A stretch of DNA of 64,000 nt from an uncultured Flavobacteriaceae bacterium (GTDB taxonomy: Bacteria > Bacteroidota > Bacteroidia > Flavobacteriales > Flavobacteriaceae). A model generated the notes under the pieces. That model saw only the letters and a list, made by a program, of their open reading frames with translations, did not search any database and was not told the DNA's origin. Below, one piece after another: positions 20,142-31,577 of this stretch. Every line of letters begins with the position of its first letter. Within the stretch, counting starts at the first letter, position 1. A program made the position numbers and the translations under genes. The stretch spans positions 43,156 to 107,155 of the forward strand of contig CALOEQ010000016.1 of assembly GCA_942492425.1 (NCBI GenBank), written 5' to 3'.

Positions 20142-21389
20142 GTGAAGCTAATTGAGAAAACAAGAAGGAAATACATTCCTTACGCCATTCTGATCTTTGT
20201 CATCTCAAGTGTGGTGATCTATTTTACCTTGATGCGGATCACCATCGCCAAGCAGGATGAAAAACTCAAATGGGACAAGGAGCTCATTGCCCAAAAGATC
20301 AAATACGATTACCCTTTGCCAATTTTTGAGGTGGATGACTACAAATCGAAAACACCGGTCAAGGACACCTTATATTTCAAGGACACCCTTATTTATCAGG
20401 TGGTCAGCGGAGTAGAGAAATATGAATTGTACAGGCAACTGACTTCCATTGAAAACTTGCAGAACAGAACCTATCGTATTGTTACGAGAACTTCACTTGT
20501 TCGAAACCAGGATTACATTCTTATTATAACCCTTTCGGTTGGAATCGTGGTTCTCCTGCTGATGATCACAGTCTATTTTGTCAACACACATGTCATGAGA
20601 AAAGCCTGGCTGCCCTTCTATGAAAATCTTCGGATCGTCAAGAACTTCAGCGTTGAGGACAACAAGCCAGTCACGCTCGAGAAATCAGGAATCGACGAGT
20701 TCGAGGAACTCAACGACTCCCTGACGCGTCTCACCGATAAGATCATTTCAGATTTCAACAACCTGAAGGAGTTTACCGAAAACGCATCACACGAGATGCA
20801 GACCCCCCTGGCCATCATGCAGTCAAAATCCGAGATGCTGCTGCAATCTGAGAATCTCAATCCTGAACATATTGATCACATCCGAGCCATCTACACTTCT
20901 GTGCAGCGCCTATCCAAATTGAACAAGACGTTGCTGCTTCTATCAAAAATTGAGAACAACCAGTTCACCGAAAGAGAAACTATCGACGTCAACAAGAGCA
21001 TTGAGAGACAATTGGATATCTTTGAAGACTTTATCGAGAACAAAAAACTTGAACTGGTCATGAATACAGCGATGGATGTCACAATTAAAGCAAATCCTTT
21101 GCTGTTTGACATGGTGATATCAAACCTGATCAGCAATGCGATCAAACACAATGTCAAAGGCGGGAACATTACGATATCCACCACCAAACTCTTTGTCAGT
21201 GTATCCAATTCGGGAGCCCCGACCAAACTGGATTCCTCATCCTTGTTCGAACGATTCAAAAAAGAGAGCCAATCGTCGAATTCCTTCGGACTCGGATTGG
21301 CAATCGTCAAGAAAGTTTGCGACAACTACAACTGGAAGATCACCCACTCTTTTGCTGAAGACCAGCACAATATTTCCGTTTACTTCTAG
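20142..21389 (+). CDS. Sensor histidine kinase (cognate of the upstream regulator)
   Basis: Two TM helices, FTENASHEMQTPLAI, NLISNAIKHN, FERF, GLGLAIVK. Confidence 0.94.
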   Translation: MKLIEKTRRKYIPYAILIFVISSVVIYFTLMRITIAKQDEKLKWDKELIAQKIKYDYPLPIFEVDDYKSKTPVKDTLYFKDTLIYQVVSGVEKYELYRQLTSIENLQNRTYRIVTRTSLVRNQDYILIITLSVGIVVLLLMITVYFVNTHVMRKAWLPFYENLRIVKNFSVEDNKPVTLEKSGIDEFEELNDSLTRLTDKIISDFNNLKEFTENASHEMQTPLAIMQSKSEMLLQSENLNPEHIDHIRAIYTSVQRLSKLNKTLLLLSKIENNQFTERETIDVNKSIERQLDIFEDFIENKKLELVMNTAMDVTIKANPLLFDMVISNLISNAIKHNVKGGNITISTTKLFVSVSNSGAPTKLDSSSLFERFKKESQSSNSFGLGLAIVKKVCDNYNWKITHSFAEDQHNISVYF

Positions 21390-21426
21390 AAGGTTCCCAG
21401 AATTTCAGCAAACATATCTCCCAGTC

Positions 21427-21460
21427 TTCAGAATTTCTTTAGAATGACACCTTATGTTTG
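21427..21460 (+). promoter_or_regulatory. Putative response-regulator box (11-bp direct repeat) plus Bacteroidota -7 element, unit 1
   Basis: TTCAGAATTTC-TTTAGAATGAC (21427-21448), then TATGTTTG (21453-21460) matching TAnnTTTG. Confidence 0.6.
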
Positions 21461-21466
21461 CCTTGT

Positions 21467-21685
21467 AATTGGATGTTGTTACTCATTCAGTAACTATTTC
21501 AGAACGTTCAAAATTCATGCTATGAATACTGAAATAAGCTAAACATCAATTGATTCTCAACGAGACCAGAATATTTTGAGGGGAATATGAAGTTTTCGAA
21601 CAGAATCAGGTATAAATTGAAACATTAAGCTGTTTTGATTTGCAATAATAAGCCTGTAATTGACTCAATTGCAGGCTTTTATTTT
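21467..21685 (+). ncRNA. Candidate sRNA 1 (TCS-regulated; boundaries approximate)
   Basis: Lies between a promoter and a terminator hairpin (AAGCCTGTAATTG-ACT-CAATTGCAGGCTT-TTATTTT). No long ORF. Shares two motifs with unit 2. Confidence 0.45.
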
Positions 21686-21709
21686 AAAAATTTCAATTCT
21701 GAGCAAAAC

Positions 21710-21743
21710 TTCAGATTTTCTTCAGAATTCATACCTACTTTTA
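21710..21743 (+). promoter_or_regulatory. Putative response-regulator box plus -7-like element, unit 2
   Basis: TTCAGATTTTC-TTCAGAATTCA (21710-21731), then TACTTTTA (21736-21743), with the same 7-nt spacing as unit 1. Confidence 0.55.
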
Positions 21744-21749
21744 CGTCAG

Positions 21750-21949
21750 TTTTGATAGCAGCGCTCTTTTTTGTTGCTTCATGACTTTCAATTAAAAGTA
21801 AAACTTTAGTAGTTTTTGCTGAAAGATTAAAATATTGGACTGAGGGGAATGATATTTTAGATCGATCGGCGTTGCAAATACAACAAATATTAAGCTATTT
21901 TAATTTGCAAAATAAAAAACCTGTTCAACGTGTTGAGCAGGTTTTTTTT
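21750..21949 (+). ncRNA. Candidate sRNA 2 (paralog of sRNA 1; boundaries approximate)
   Basis: Ends in the hairpin AAAAAACCTGTTCAAC-GT-GTTGAGCAGGTTTTTTTT. Contains TGAGGGGAAT and ATTAAGCTATTTTAATTTGCAA, as in unit 1. Confidence 0.45.
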
Positions 21950-21968
21950 GTGCTGTTCTACAACTTAT

Positions 21969-23531
21969 CTAATTGGATGGTGCCGTTGTCATTTGTTGTA
22001 GAACTTTGTCGACACTCAGGCTGCCACTTTTCGCGGGTGGGAAGTCTTTGAACGAAGACAGAAAGTTTGAGACAATCGCCTGTGCCGGAACCATCGTCCA
22101 CATCTTTTCACCTTGCCAACGCAGATACATCAAACTCTCGCCAGGGGCCCTTTCATAAGGATCCTGCCTGAGATTCACAATGATTGGCCAACTCGGAGAT
22201 TTTCTGTAAGCAGTCGTCAGGTTTCCTTCAATTATTGAAAAATGCACTTTCCAATCCTTATAACGAAGTGCATTCAAATTGCCTCCGGCGTCAAAATAGA
22301 ATATTTCCTTGCGGTATCCTTCTGGATTCTTTCCGGTCAGCATATCCATTTGATTGTACCCGTCGAGATGTACTTTAAACGTTTTGCCATCTGCCTTGTA
22401 TCCGCTCAACAACTTATTCTTCAAATCGGTTTCACCCAAAGCAGCTGCGAAGGTTGGCATCCAGTCCTCATGGCTGAAAATACCATTGATGACTGTTCCA
22501 GGCTCTATCTTACCAGGCCATCGCACCAATTGAGGCACTCTGAAGCCTCCTTCCCAGGTCGTTCCTTTTTCCCCTTTGAAAGGAGAGGTTCCACCATCGG
22601 GCCAGCTCATCATTTCTGCTCCATTGTCTGTACTGAAAACAACTATAGTATTGTCCGCAATTCCGAGCTCATCCAACTTATCCAGCAACTTTCCGACAAC
22701 ATAATCCAGCTCCATCATTCCATCTCCATAAAGACCCCCGCCTTCAGAGCTGTTCACCCATTTTTCAGCGAGATGGGTCCATACGTGCATCCTTGTGCTG
22801 TTGTGCCATAAAAAGAAAGGCTTCCCGCTTTTGGCCTGCTCTTCAATGAATTTGAGCGAACGGTCCAAAAGATCCATCTCAACCGTTTCCATTTTTTTCG
22901 TATCCAGCGGACCGTGGTCTTTGATGGTCTGTTTTCCTACCCTACCCCATCTCGGATCCTCAGTCGAGTCGTCTTTGCCCGTTGCATAGGTTTCCAGAAC
23001 ACCTCTGGGGCCAAATTTCTTGTGAAACTCCTCATCTTTGGGATACTCCGGATCTTCAGGCTCTTCCTCAGAATTCAAATGATAGAGATTTCCGTAGAAC
23101 TGGTCAAATCCATGGAGGGTGGGCAAAAATTCGTTCCTGTCACCCAGGTGATTCTTTCCGATCTGAGCCGTCGAGTAACCATAATTCTTGAGCATCTGCG
23201 CAATGGTCATATCAGAGTCTCTGATTCCTTCCTTGGCACCTGGCATGCCTATGGTGAGCATCCCGGTCCTGAAGGGGCTTTGCCCCATAATAAACGCCGC
23301 TCTGCCCGCGGTACAGCTCTGCTGTGCATAAGCATCGGTCATGATTGCACCTTCATTTGCAATTCGATCGATGTTGGGAGTCATGGGCTTTACCATGCCC
23401 CTGTGGTATGCACTGATGTTATCCACGCCCAAATCATCTCCCCAGATAACAATAATATTTGGCCTATCCTGGCCATACAACGAAGTGCTGACTATAAAAA
23501 GCAGCAATACTAATTGATCTATTTTTCTCAT
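21969..23531 (-). CDS. Arylsulfatase (S1 formylglycine-dependent sulfatase, Cys type)
   Basis: Signal peptide, PNIIVIWGDDLG, SCTAGRA (C-x-A-x-R), GKNHLG, HGFDQFYG, FSTDNG, KGTTWEGGFRVP. Confidence 0.95.
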   Translation of the reverse strand: MRKIDQLVLLLFIVSTSLYGQDRPNIIVIWGDDLGVDNISAYHRGMVKPMTPNIDRIANEGAIMTDAYAQQSCTAGRAAFIMGQSPFRTGMLTIGMPGAKEGIRDSDMTIAQMLKNYGYSTAQIGKNHLGDRNEFLPTLHGFDQFYGNLYHLNSEEEPEDPEYPKDEEFHKKFGPRGVLETYATGKDDSTEDPRWGRVGKQTIKDHGPLDTKKMETVEMDLLDRSLKFIEEQAKSGKPFFLWHNSTRMHVWTHLAEKWVNSSEGGGLYGDGMMELDYVVGKLLDKLDELGIADNTIVVFSTDNGAEMMSWPDGGTSPFKGEKGTTWEGGFRVPQLVRWPGKIEPGTVINGIFSHEDWMPTFAAALGETDLKNKLLSGYKADGKTFKVHLDGYNQMDMLTGKNPEGYRKEIFYFDAGGNLNALRYKDWKVHFSIIEGNLTTAYRKSPSWPIIVNLRQDPYERAPGESLMYLRWQGEKMWTMVPAQAIVSNFLSSFKDFPPAKSGSLSVDKVLQQMTTAPSN

Positions 23532-23608
23532 AAAATAAAGTTTAGTTGATGATAAGTTCTTTGTAAAAATACGGCCAAAATCAAGACGTATTCCACGACA
23601 GGAAATTC

Positions 23609-23661
23609 AAAAGGGGACAAAAAGGGGACAAAAAAAGATAAAAAGGGACAAAAAGGGAGCA
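23609..23661. repeat. Five helically phased AAAAGGG(G)ACA-type repeats upstream of the sulfatase
   Basis: AAAAGGGGACA x2, AAAAAAGATA, AAAAGGGACA, AAAAGGGAGCA; period 10-11 bp. Confidence 0.8.
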
Positions 23662-23683
23662 ATAAAATGTTGAATTGCCTTTT

Positions 23684-24550
23684 CTAAATTTGATCTACAA
23701 ATTCCTCAAGTTTGACATCTGTCCGGCTCAAACCGATTTTCATTCTGATTCTGTATCTTTTTTTCTTGATTGCCTCCTTGCCTATATTTAGCAATGACGC
23801 AATCTGAAATCCACTGAGCTTGATCTTGAGATAAGCGAGATATTTGACTTCCGAATTTGTCAGAGAAGGGTATTTCGTTGTGAGATTTCTGAAAAAATTC
23901 TCATGGACTTCATTGAACCTCAATTGAAAAACATCCCAGAGCTCTTTTTTTCTTGATTCAAGATTTAATCTATGCTCCAATTCGTTCAACTCGTTCCTAA
24001 CATCCTCTATGGAATCCAGCCCTTTGAGGACTTTCAATTTCCTGCTCAACTCCGATTTCAATCGGATCAATTCAGCATTTTGTTCGCTGAACGTGAAAAG
24101 CTCCCGGTTTTTCCGGTTTAACTTAAACCTCAAAGTCTCCAATTCTTTGCGGGTCATCACGTAGTCACTTACGTCTAAACCGACACCCAGAAAACAGGTT
24201 TTACCGCGTGATACGAACTTGTATCCTTCAAAGAGATAAGGCAATGTGTCTCCATTTTTCAACCTCAGGTTGGCGTTGACCTGTTTCACAGTACCTTTCA
24301 ACATTATTTCCGCCAAGCCATTTTGGATTACCCCAAAATCTTCGGGGTAAAAAAATTCAAATACCTTTTTCCCCAGGAGCTCTGCAGAAGAATATCCGGT
24401 TACTTTCTCGTGATTTACATTCCAATGAATCAAATGAAAATCATTTCCCCGCCCTTCGTATATGTAGAAAATGCCTGGCAGAAAATCAATTATCAAATCA
24501 TTCTTGAGCTTGTGCAGGTCAAAATCATTCTGTCCGATTTTCATAATCAA
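23684..24550 (-). CDS. PAS-domain transcriptional regulator with C-terminal LuxR-like HTH
   Basis: PAS features NVNHEKVTGYSSAELLGK and LRLKNG, a coiled coil, and C-terminal F..F.EVH..F...L...YPSLTNSEVKYLAYLKI.LS..QIA.LLNI...AIKKKRYRIR.K. Confidence 0.85.
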   Translation of the reverse strand: MIMKIGQNDFDLHKLKNDLIIDFLPGIFYIYEGRGNDFHLIHWNVNHEKVTGYSSAELLGKKVFEFFYPEDFGVIQNGLAEIMLKGTVKQVNANLRLKNGDTLPYLFEGYKFVSRGKTCFLGVGLDVSDYVMTRKELETLRFKLNRKNRELFTFSEQNAELIRLKSELSRKLKVLKGLDSIEDVRNELNELEHRLNLESRKKELWDVFQLRFNEVHENFFRNLTTKYPSLTNSEVKYLAYLKIKLSGFQIASLLNIGKEAIKKKRYRIRMKIGLSRTDVKLEEFVDQI

Positions 24551-24734
24551 TCCAATATTCCTAATACTTTGAATAAGACCTCAATATAATCAAATTCATC
24601 AGGGTGCAAGCGAGCGAAGTCAAATGGGCCGAATGTTGATAACTTAGAGCCCGATAAGGGCAAAATAAACCCTGATAAAACAAGGGGTTTTGTTATATTT
24701 GTACGGTTTAAATTGAAGGACAAAAACACAGTAG

Positions 24735-26678
<1,944 letters not shown>

Positions 26679-26695
26679 TTTTAAACCAGATAAAA

Positions 26696-27631
26696 ATGAA
26701 AGTAACTATCGTAGGTGCAGGAGCCGTAGGAGCCAGTTGTGCCGAGTACATCGCCATTAAAGATTTCGCATCTGAAGTCGTGATTGTGGATATCAAAGAG
26801 AACTTCGCTGAAGGAAAGGCCATGGATCTGATGCAGACCGCCACCTTGAATGGGTTCGATACCAAGATCACAGGATCTACGAATGATTATTCAAAAACAG
26901 CGAACAGTGACGTTGCCGTCATCACAAGCGGTATTCCGAGAAAGCCGGGAATGACCCGTGAAGAATTGATCGGAATCAACGCGGGAATCGTGCAGACGGT
27001 TGCGAAAAGCATACTGGAACACTCTCCAAATGTCATTTTTATCGTGGTGAGCAACCCGATGGACACCATGACCTATTTGACGCACAAAGCCTTAGGATTG
27101 CCTAAAAACCGCATCATAGGTATGGGTGGTGCCCTTGACAGTGCGCGATTCAAGTACAGATTGGCAGAAGCCCTGGATTGCCCGGCCTCAGATGTGGATG
27201 GCATGGTAATCGGTGGCCACAGTGACACTGGAATGATCCCGCTGACTAGACTCGCGGTGAGAAACAGCGTACCTGTCACCAAATTCTTATCGGATGAAAG
27301 ACTTCAGGAAGTAGCAGAAGCCACTAAAGTTGGAGGAGCCACCCTGACCAAAATGCTTGGAACGAGTGCCTGGTATGCTCCCGGTGCTGCCGTGTCTTCA
27401 CTGGTTCAATCCATCGTATGCAACCAAAAGAAAATGTTTCCATGCTCAGCCATGCTGGAAGGGGAATACAACCTCAATGACATCTGTATTGGAGTTCCTT
27501 GCATCATTGGCAAAAACGGAATCGAAGAAATTGTATCGATCGACCTCAGCGAAGCTGAAAGCGACAAATTGCAAAACAGTGCAGAGGCTGTGCGCAAGAC
27601 CAACGGATTGCTGGAAGAGGTTTTGAACTAA
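26696..27631 (+). CDS. mdh: Malate dehydrogenase (LDH-like)
   Basis: GAGAVG, ITSGIPRKPGMTREEL, VSNPMD, LDSARF, IGGHSD, GTSAWYAP. Confidence 0.97.
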   Translation: MKVTIVGAGAVGASCAEYIAIKDFASEVVIVDIKENFAEGKAMDLMQTATLNGFDTKITGSTNDYSKTANSDVAVITSGIPRKPGMTREELIGINAGIVQTVAKSILEHSPNVIFIVVSNPMDTMTYLTHKALGLPKNRIIGMGGALDSARFKYRLAEALDCPASDVDGMVIGGHSDTGMIPLTRLAVRNSVPVTKFLSDERLQEVAEATKVGGATLTKMLGTSAWYAPGAAVSSLVQSIVCNQKKMFPCSAMLEGEYNLNDICIGVPCIIGKNGIEEIVSIDLSEAESDKLQNSAEAVRKTNGLLEEVLN

Positions 27632-27687
27632 AACCGGCAATGGTAGGGTGCAAACGGGAGTCATCATGACCTTCCTTGTGCTTTGTT

Positions 27688-27730
27688 AAAACAAAAAACC
27701 ATCTTGAAAATCAAGATGGTTTTTTGTTTT
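27688..27730. terminator. Bidirectional intrinsic terminator between mdh and the M61 peptidase
   Basis: Perfect 20-bp stem AAAACAAAAAACCATCTTGA-AAA-TCAAGATGGTTTTTTGTTTT between convergent genes. Confidence 0.9.
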
Positions 27731-29613
27731 CATCCTTTAAGCCAGGCTTCCAGGAGCTCGAGCTCCTTCTCCGTTGCCTCTTCTTTCCTTCCAAGCTTCT
27801 TCCCTACCGTGTAGGATGGTGTGAGCTCTTTGGCAATGATGATCTCTTCCCCGTCCCGATCGAGTTTCACCACAACCTTCTGACCTGGTGTCCATCCGTA
27901 GGCTGCTCCAACCACGGCGTTTGCATTCTCCAGGGTGATAACTGTCCCATCAATCTCCTTGATAACGTCACCGGGCAACACGCCATTCTCATGCCAAAAG
28001 CTATTCTGAGCGACGGCTTCACTGAAGAAAATCGTTCCGTCTTCCTGACGCCCCTTCAATATAAGGGCCCCATTGTTCATGATATAATTCGTCTGGATTC
28101 GACCTTCGATCATCCCCAAACCGACTTTTGCGAAATAGACGTTGTAGTCAATTGGAGTACCCCCAATGACATGATTCTCAAAAAAGGCTCCTACCTCGGG
28201 ATAGGTCATCGCTGTGATCTCTTCAATGATCGATTCATCTTCAAAGGGCTTATCGACCCCGTATTTTTCAGAAAGCTCCTTCATCACCGAGAGTATGCCT
28301 CGCTCCCCTCCGCTTTGTTCGCGGATGATTATGTCCAGGCACATTCCGATCAGGGCTCCTTTCTGATACACGTTGTAATAATTTGACGCATAGGGCTGCT
28401 CGAGGATGTTCTCGCTCATCTCCGTAAAGCTCATGGTGTCGTTCAAGGACGCCGCCGTCTGTATTTTTTGCATCAGGTCCCCGTAGAATTCATCCTCATC
28501 GACAAGACCCTGGTTGACCTGGAAATGGGTGGCAAAATACTCGGTTAGGCCCTCGTACATCCAAAGGTGCTTGGAGAAGCTCGGGTCGTGATAGTCAAAA
28601 TAATGCACATCTTCGGAGTGGACCGACAGGGGCGTCAAAATATGGAAGAATTCATGACTCACCACATCGATCATGCTGGCATCGAGACTCGCCTCTGACA
28701 TGGATTCGGCCATCACCACCACTGTCGAGGTGTGATGCTCCAGGGCACCAAATCCTCCGGGAGCCTCATCGGTGTTGTCGGCGAGGTAGAGATAGATATC
28801 GTAGCGCTTTGTCGAATTGACCGATCCCAGGTACGCCTTTTGGGCCTCCATCATTTTATACATGGTCTCTTTAAGGTGCTTGGCACTGTGCTTCCCACTC
28901 GGGGAGAAAACACTGAGCACGATCTTAATGTCGCCCACCTGGAATTCCTCTACGTCCAGGTCACCGAACATCATCGGATTGTCGGTGATTTCAAAATATC
29001 GATCGGCTGCGTAACGCGTCGTGGTCACCGAGCCTTCCGCGTTTGTTTTTTCTTCGACAACCGGCAATGCAGCTGTCCTTTCAAAAGACGAGGGAGACAC
29101 AATCTCAAGCACATAGGAATTGTCCTTCAGAGAGTCAAAATACCCGACAAAACCGTGGAGGTTCAAAACGTAATTCGAGGATTCGATATTGGTTCCTGCC
29201 GGTGAGAACGGAGTGGGTTTTCCACTGCCCTCCTGGTCAAAAGTGTCATTGACCCAATAGGTGATTCGATCCAGCTCCCTGGAGCCGTACACCGCCCAGG
29301 AATTCGTGTCCAGGCGTTCGGTTTTTAATTCCTTCCCGTCGTAATCGAGAGCTCTCAGGGAATCCACAAAGCTCCCGTAATCTCCGACAGCATAGGTTCC
29401 CTGGATCACCCGGGGCAACCTGTAAACAACCGTATCGGAGAGGAACCTGCCGGGATCCATCTCTACCGGAACCTTATCCTGCTCAACCCGTGTCAGGTCT
29501 ATTTTTGATTGAATGACCGTTTGGGTTGCCAGGTCATTGGAAGAAGATTTCGAGCTTCCGCAGCTTATCAGCAGCGCGCTCGTCATAGCCAATGCGAGTA
29601 ATTGTTTTATCAT
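27730..29613 (-). CDS. Peptidase M61 family (glycyl aminopeptidase-like) lipoprotein with C-terminal PDZ-like domain
   Basis: Lipobox LLISC, GFGALEH, SHEFFH (HExxH), LWMYEGLTEYFA, VYQKGAL. Confidence 0.9.
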   Translation of the reverse strand: MIKQLLALAMTSALLISCGSSKSSSNDLATQTVIQSKIDLTRVEQDKVPVEMDPGRFLSDTVVYRLPRVIQGTYAVGDYGSFVDSLRALDYDGKELKTERLDTNSWAVYGSRELDRITYWVNDTFDQEGSGKPTPFSPAGTNIESSNYVLNLHGFVGYFDSLKDNSYVLEIVSPSSFERTAALPVVEEKTNAEGSVTTTRYAADRYFEITDNPMMFGDLDVEEFQVGDIKIVLSVFSPSGKHSAKHLKETMYKMMEAQKAYLGSVNSTKRYDIYLYLADNTDEAPGGFGALEHHTSTVVVMAESMSEASLDASMIDVVSHEFFHILTPLSVHSEDVHYFDYHDPSFSKHLWMYEGLTEYFATHFQVNQGLVDEDEFYGDLMQKIQTAASLNDTMSFTEMSENILEQPYASNYYNVYQKGALIGMCLDIIIREQSGGERGILSVMKELSEKYGVDKPFEDESIIEEITAMTYPEVGAFFENHVIGGTPIDYNVYFAKVGLGMIEGRIQTNYIMNNGALILKGRQEDGTIFFSEAVAQNSFWHENGVLPGDVIKEIDGTVITLENANAVVGAAYGWTPGQKVVVKLDRDGEEIIIAKELTPSYTVGKKLGRKEEATEKELELLEAWLKG

Positions 29614-29746
29614 GAATAAATTTGAATTGATTTCCCAAATGAGAGCTCAAAGATGAAAGATTGTTACTTTTCGCATACCTAAAGATTTGTTAAAAAATCA
29701 ATTCTCAATCCCGGTCGACTTCATCCACACCGGCAAAAAAGCCCTA

Positions 29747-31420
29747 TTACGAAAGGCCCGAAATGGTTCCCTCATTGTCGATCGACATGCCCTCAGAAGC
29801 AGGTCTGGAGGGTAATCCCGGCATTCGCATCATCTTCCCCACAATGGGAATCACAAAGCCGGCACCGGCCGCAATCTCTATTTCTCTGACGTGGATCTCA
29901 AAGTTCTCCGGTCTTCCGATCAATTTCTCGTCATCGGAAAAACTCTTCTGGGTCTTGGCTATGCAGATGGCAAAATTTTCAAATCCGAGACGCTTGATCC
30001 TTCTCAGGTTCAACTGGGCCTTTTTTGTGTAACTCACATGGGAAGCGCCGTAAATCTCTTTTGCGATCGTGTCGATTTTATCGACGACAGGTGAATCCCA
30101 GGAATAAAGGGGTTTGAAATGAGACGCCTTGCTCTCCACCACCTCCGCGACGGCCGCGGCCAGATCCATGGTTCCATCTCCTCCTTTTGCCCAGCCTTCG
30201 GATAAAACTGCTCTTACGCCCAGAGCCGCACAATGATCGATGATGAATTTCACCTCCTCTTCGGAATCATTCGTAAAACCGTTGATCGCCACAACGGGCT
30301 CAATATGGAATTTCCTTATGTTTTCTATGTGCTTGTCCAGGTTTGCAATTCCCTTTTGCACCTTTTCAAGACTTGGCGTATTGAGCTCATCCGGCAGCGC
30401 ACCTCCATGATGTCTCAGGGCCCGTATGGTAGCCACCAGAACCACGGCACTTGGGCTCAGGTTCGCAGCGACACATTTGATGTTCAGAAACTTCTCCGCC
30501 CCGAGGTCGGCTCCAAATCCGGCTTCCGTGACAACGTATTCCGAAAGGGAGAGCCCCATTTTGGTGGCCAGTATCGTATTGGTTCCCTGGGCGATATTGG
30601 CAAAGGGTCCTCCGTGTATAATCGCGGGGTTTTTCTCCAGGGTCTGCACAAGATTGGGTTTGATCGCATCCTTGAGAAGGATGGCCATGGCATTCTCGGC
30701 CTTCAGATCCCGGGCAAAAACAGGCTTCTTGTCAAAGGTAAAGCCGACGAAAATATTGCCCATTCGCTCTTTGAGATCCTCAAAACCCGTTGCCATGCAG
30801 AGGATGGCCATGATTTCAGAGGCGGGTGTGATGTTGAATCCGTCTTCACGGGGAATTCCGTTTGCCGTTCCTCCGAGACCTATGGTGATCTGACGCAGGG
30901 CGCGGTCGTTCATGTCAATGACCCGTTTCCAAAAAATAGCCCGTGGATCCAGGTTCAAATTCTCTACTTTCTGAAGATTGTTGTCAATCAGGGCGGCAAG
31001 CAAATTGTTGGCCTTCTCGACCGCATTGAAGTCGCCTGTGAAATGCAGATTGATGTCCTCCATCGGGACCACCTGGGAATACCCTCCTCCGGCAGCACCG
31101 CCCTTGATTCCGAAAACGGGGCCCAGCGAAGGTTCGCGCAAAACAACGGTCGCTTGCCTGCCTATTTTGTTCAAACCTTCGGTGAGTCCAATCGAAACCG
31201 TCGTTTTGCCTTCCCCGGCCGGAGTTGGCGTGAGCGCAGTCACCAGCACCAGGTTGTTCTTTTTTATTTTCTCCTCATCGATCAGGTCCAGCGGAAGCTT
31301 TGCTTTGTACTTTCCGTAAAGCTCCAGGTCATCTTCCTTGATACCCAGTTTTTGGGCAATTTCAACAACGGGCTGCAACTGTGTTTTTTGAGCAATTTCT
31401 ATGTCGGATAAAGGTTTCAT
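29747..31420 (-). CDS. fhs: Formate--tetrahydrofolate ligase
   Basis: TPTPAGEGKTT, LREPSLGPVFGIKGGAAGGG, LHFTGD, HGGPFANIAQG, TEAGFGADLGAEKF, MRMPGLP. Confidence 0.98.
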   Translation of the reverse strand: MKPLSDIEIAQKTQLQPVVEIAQKLGIKEDDLELYGKYKAKLPLDLIDEEKIKKNNLVLVTALTPTPAGEGKTTVSIGLTEGLNKIGRQATVVLREPSLGPVFGIKGGAAGGGYSQVVPMEDINLHFTGDFNAVEKANNLLAALIDNNLQKVENLNLDPRAIFWKRVIDMNDRALRQITIGLGGTANGIPREDGFNITPASEIMAILCMATGFEDLKERMGNIFVGFTFDKKPVFARDLKAENAMAILLKDAIKPNLVQTLEKNPAIIHGGPFANIAQGTNTILATKMGLSLSEYVVTEAGFGADLGAEKFLNIKCVAANLSPSAVVLVATIRALRHHGGALPDELNTPSLEKVQKGIANLDKHIENIRKFHIEPVVAINGFTNDSEEEVKFIIDHCAALGVRAVLSEGWAKGGDGTMDLAAAVAEVVESKASHFKPLYSWDSPVVDKIDTIAKEIYGASHVSYTKKAQLNLRRIKRLGFENFAICIAKTQKSFSDDEKLIGRPENFEIHVREIEIAAGAGFVIPIVGKMMRMPGLPSRPASEGMSIDNEGTISGLS

Positions 31421-31577
31421 AAAGTGCTTGATTTATTTGCTCAATTTAATAAAAATTAAACAGTTAGCCCTCAAATTAAGGCCGCCAAAATTATAGGTTT
31501 TATTTCTTTCAAACCTAAATCTTTTGAGTATATTTGCCCGATTAAATCAAAAATAGGATTACTAAATAGTAAAAAGC

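Noticed and set aside
21587-21628. Micro-ORF MKFSNRIRYKLKH behind GAGGGG in unit 1
   Set aside because: The paralogous unit gives only ATG-ATA-TTT-TAG at the same place, and Bacteroidota rarely use SD sequences, so the shared motifs are better explained at RNA level. Not excluded without Ribo-seq.
23684-24550. LOV blue-light sensor
   Set aside because: The PAS domain lacks the GxNCRFLQ motif; the ligand cannot be inferred.
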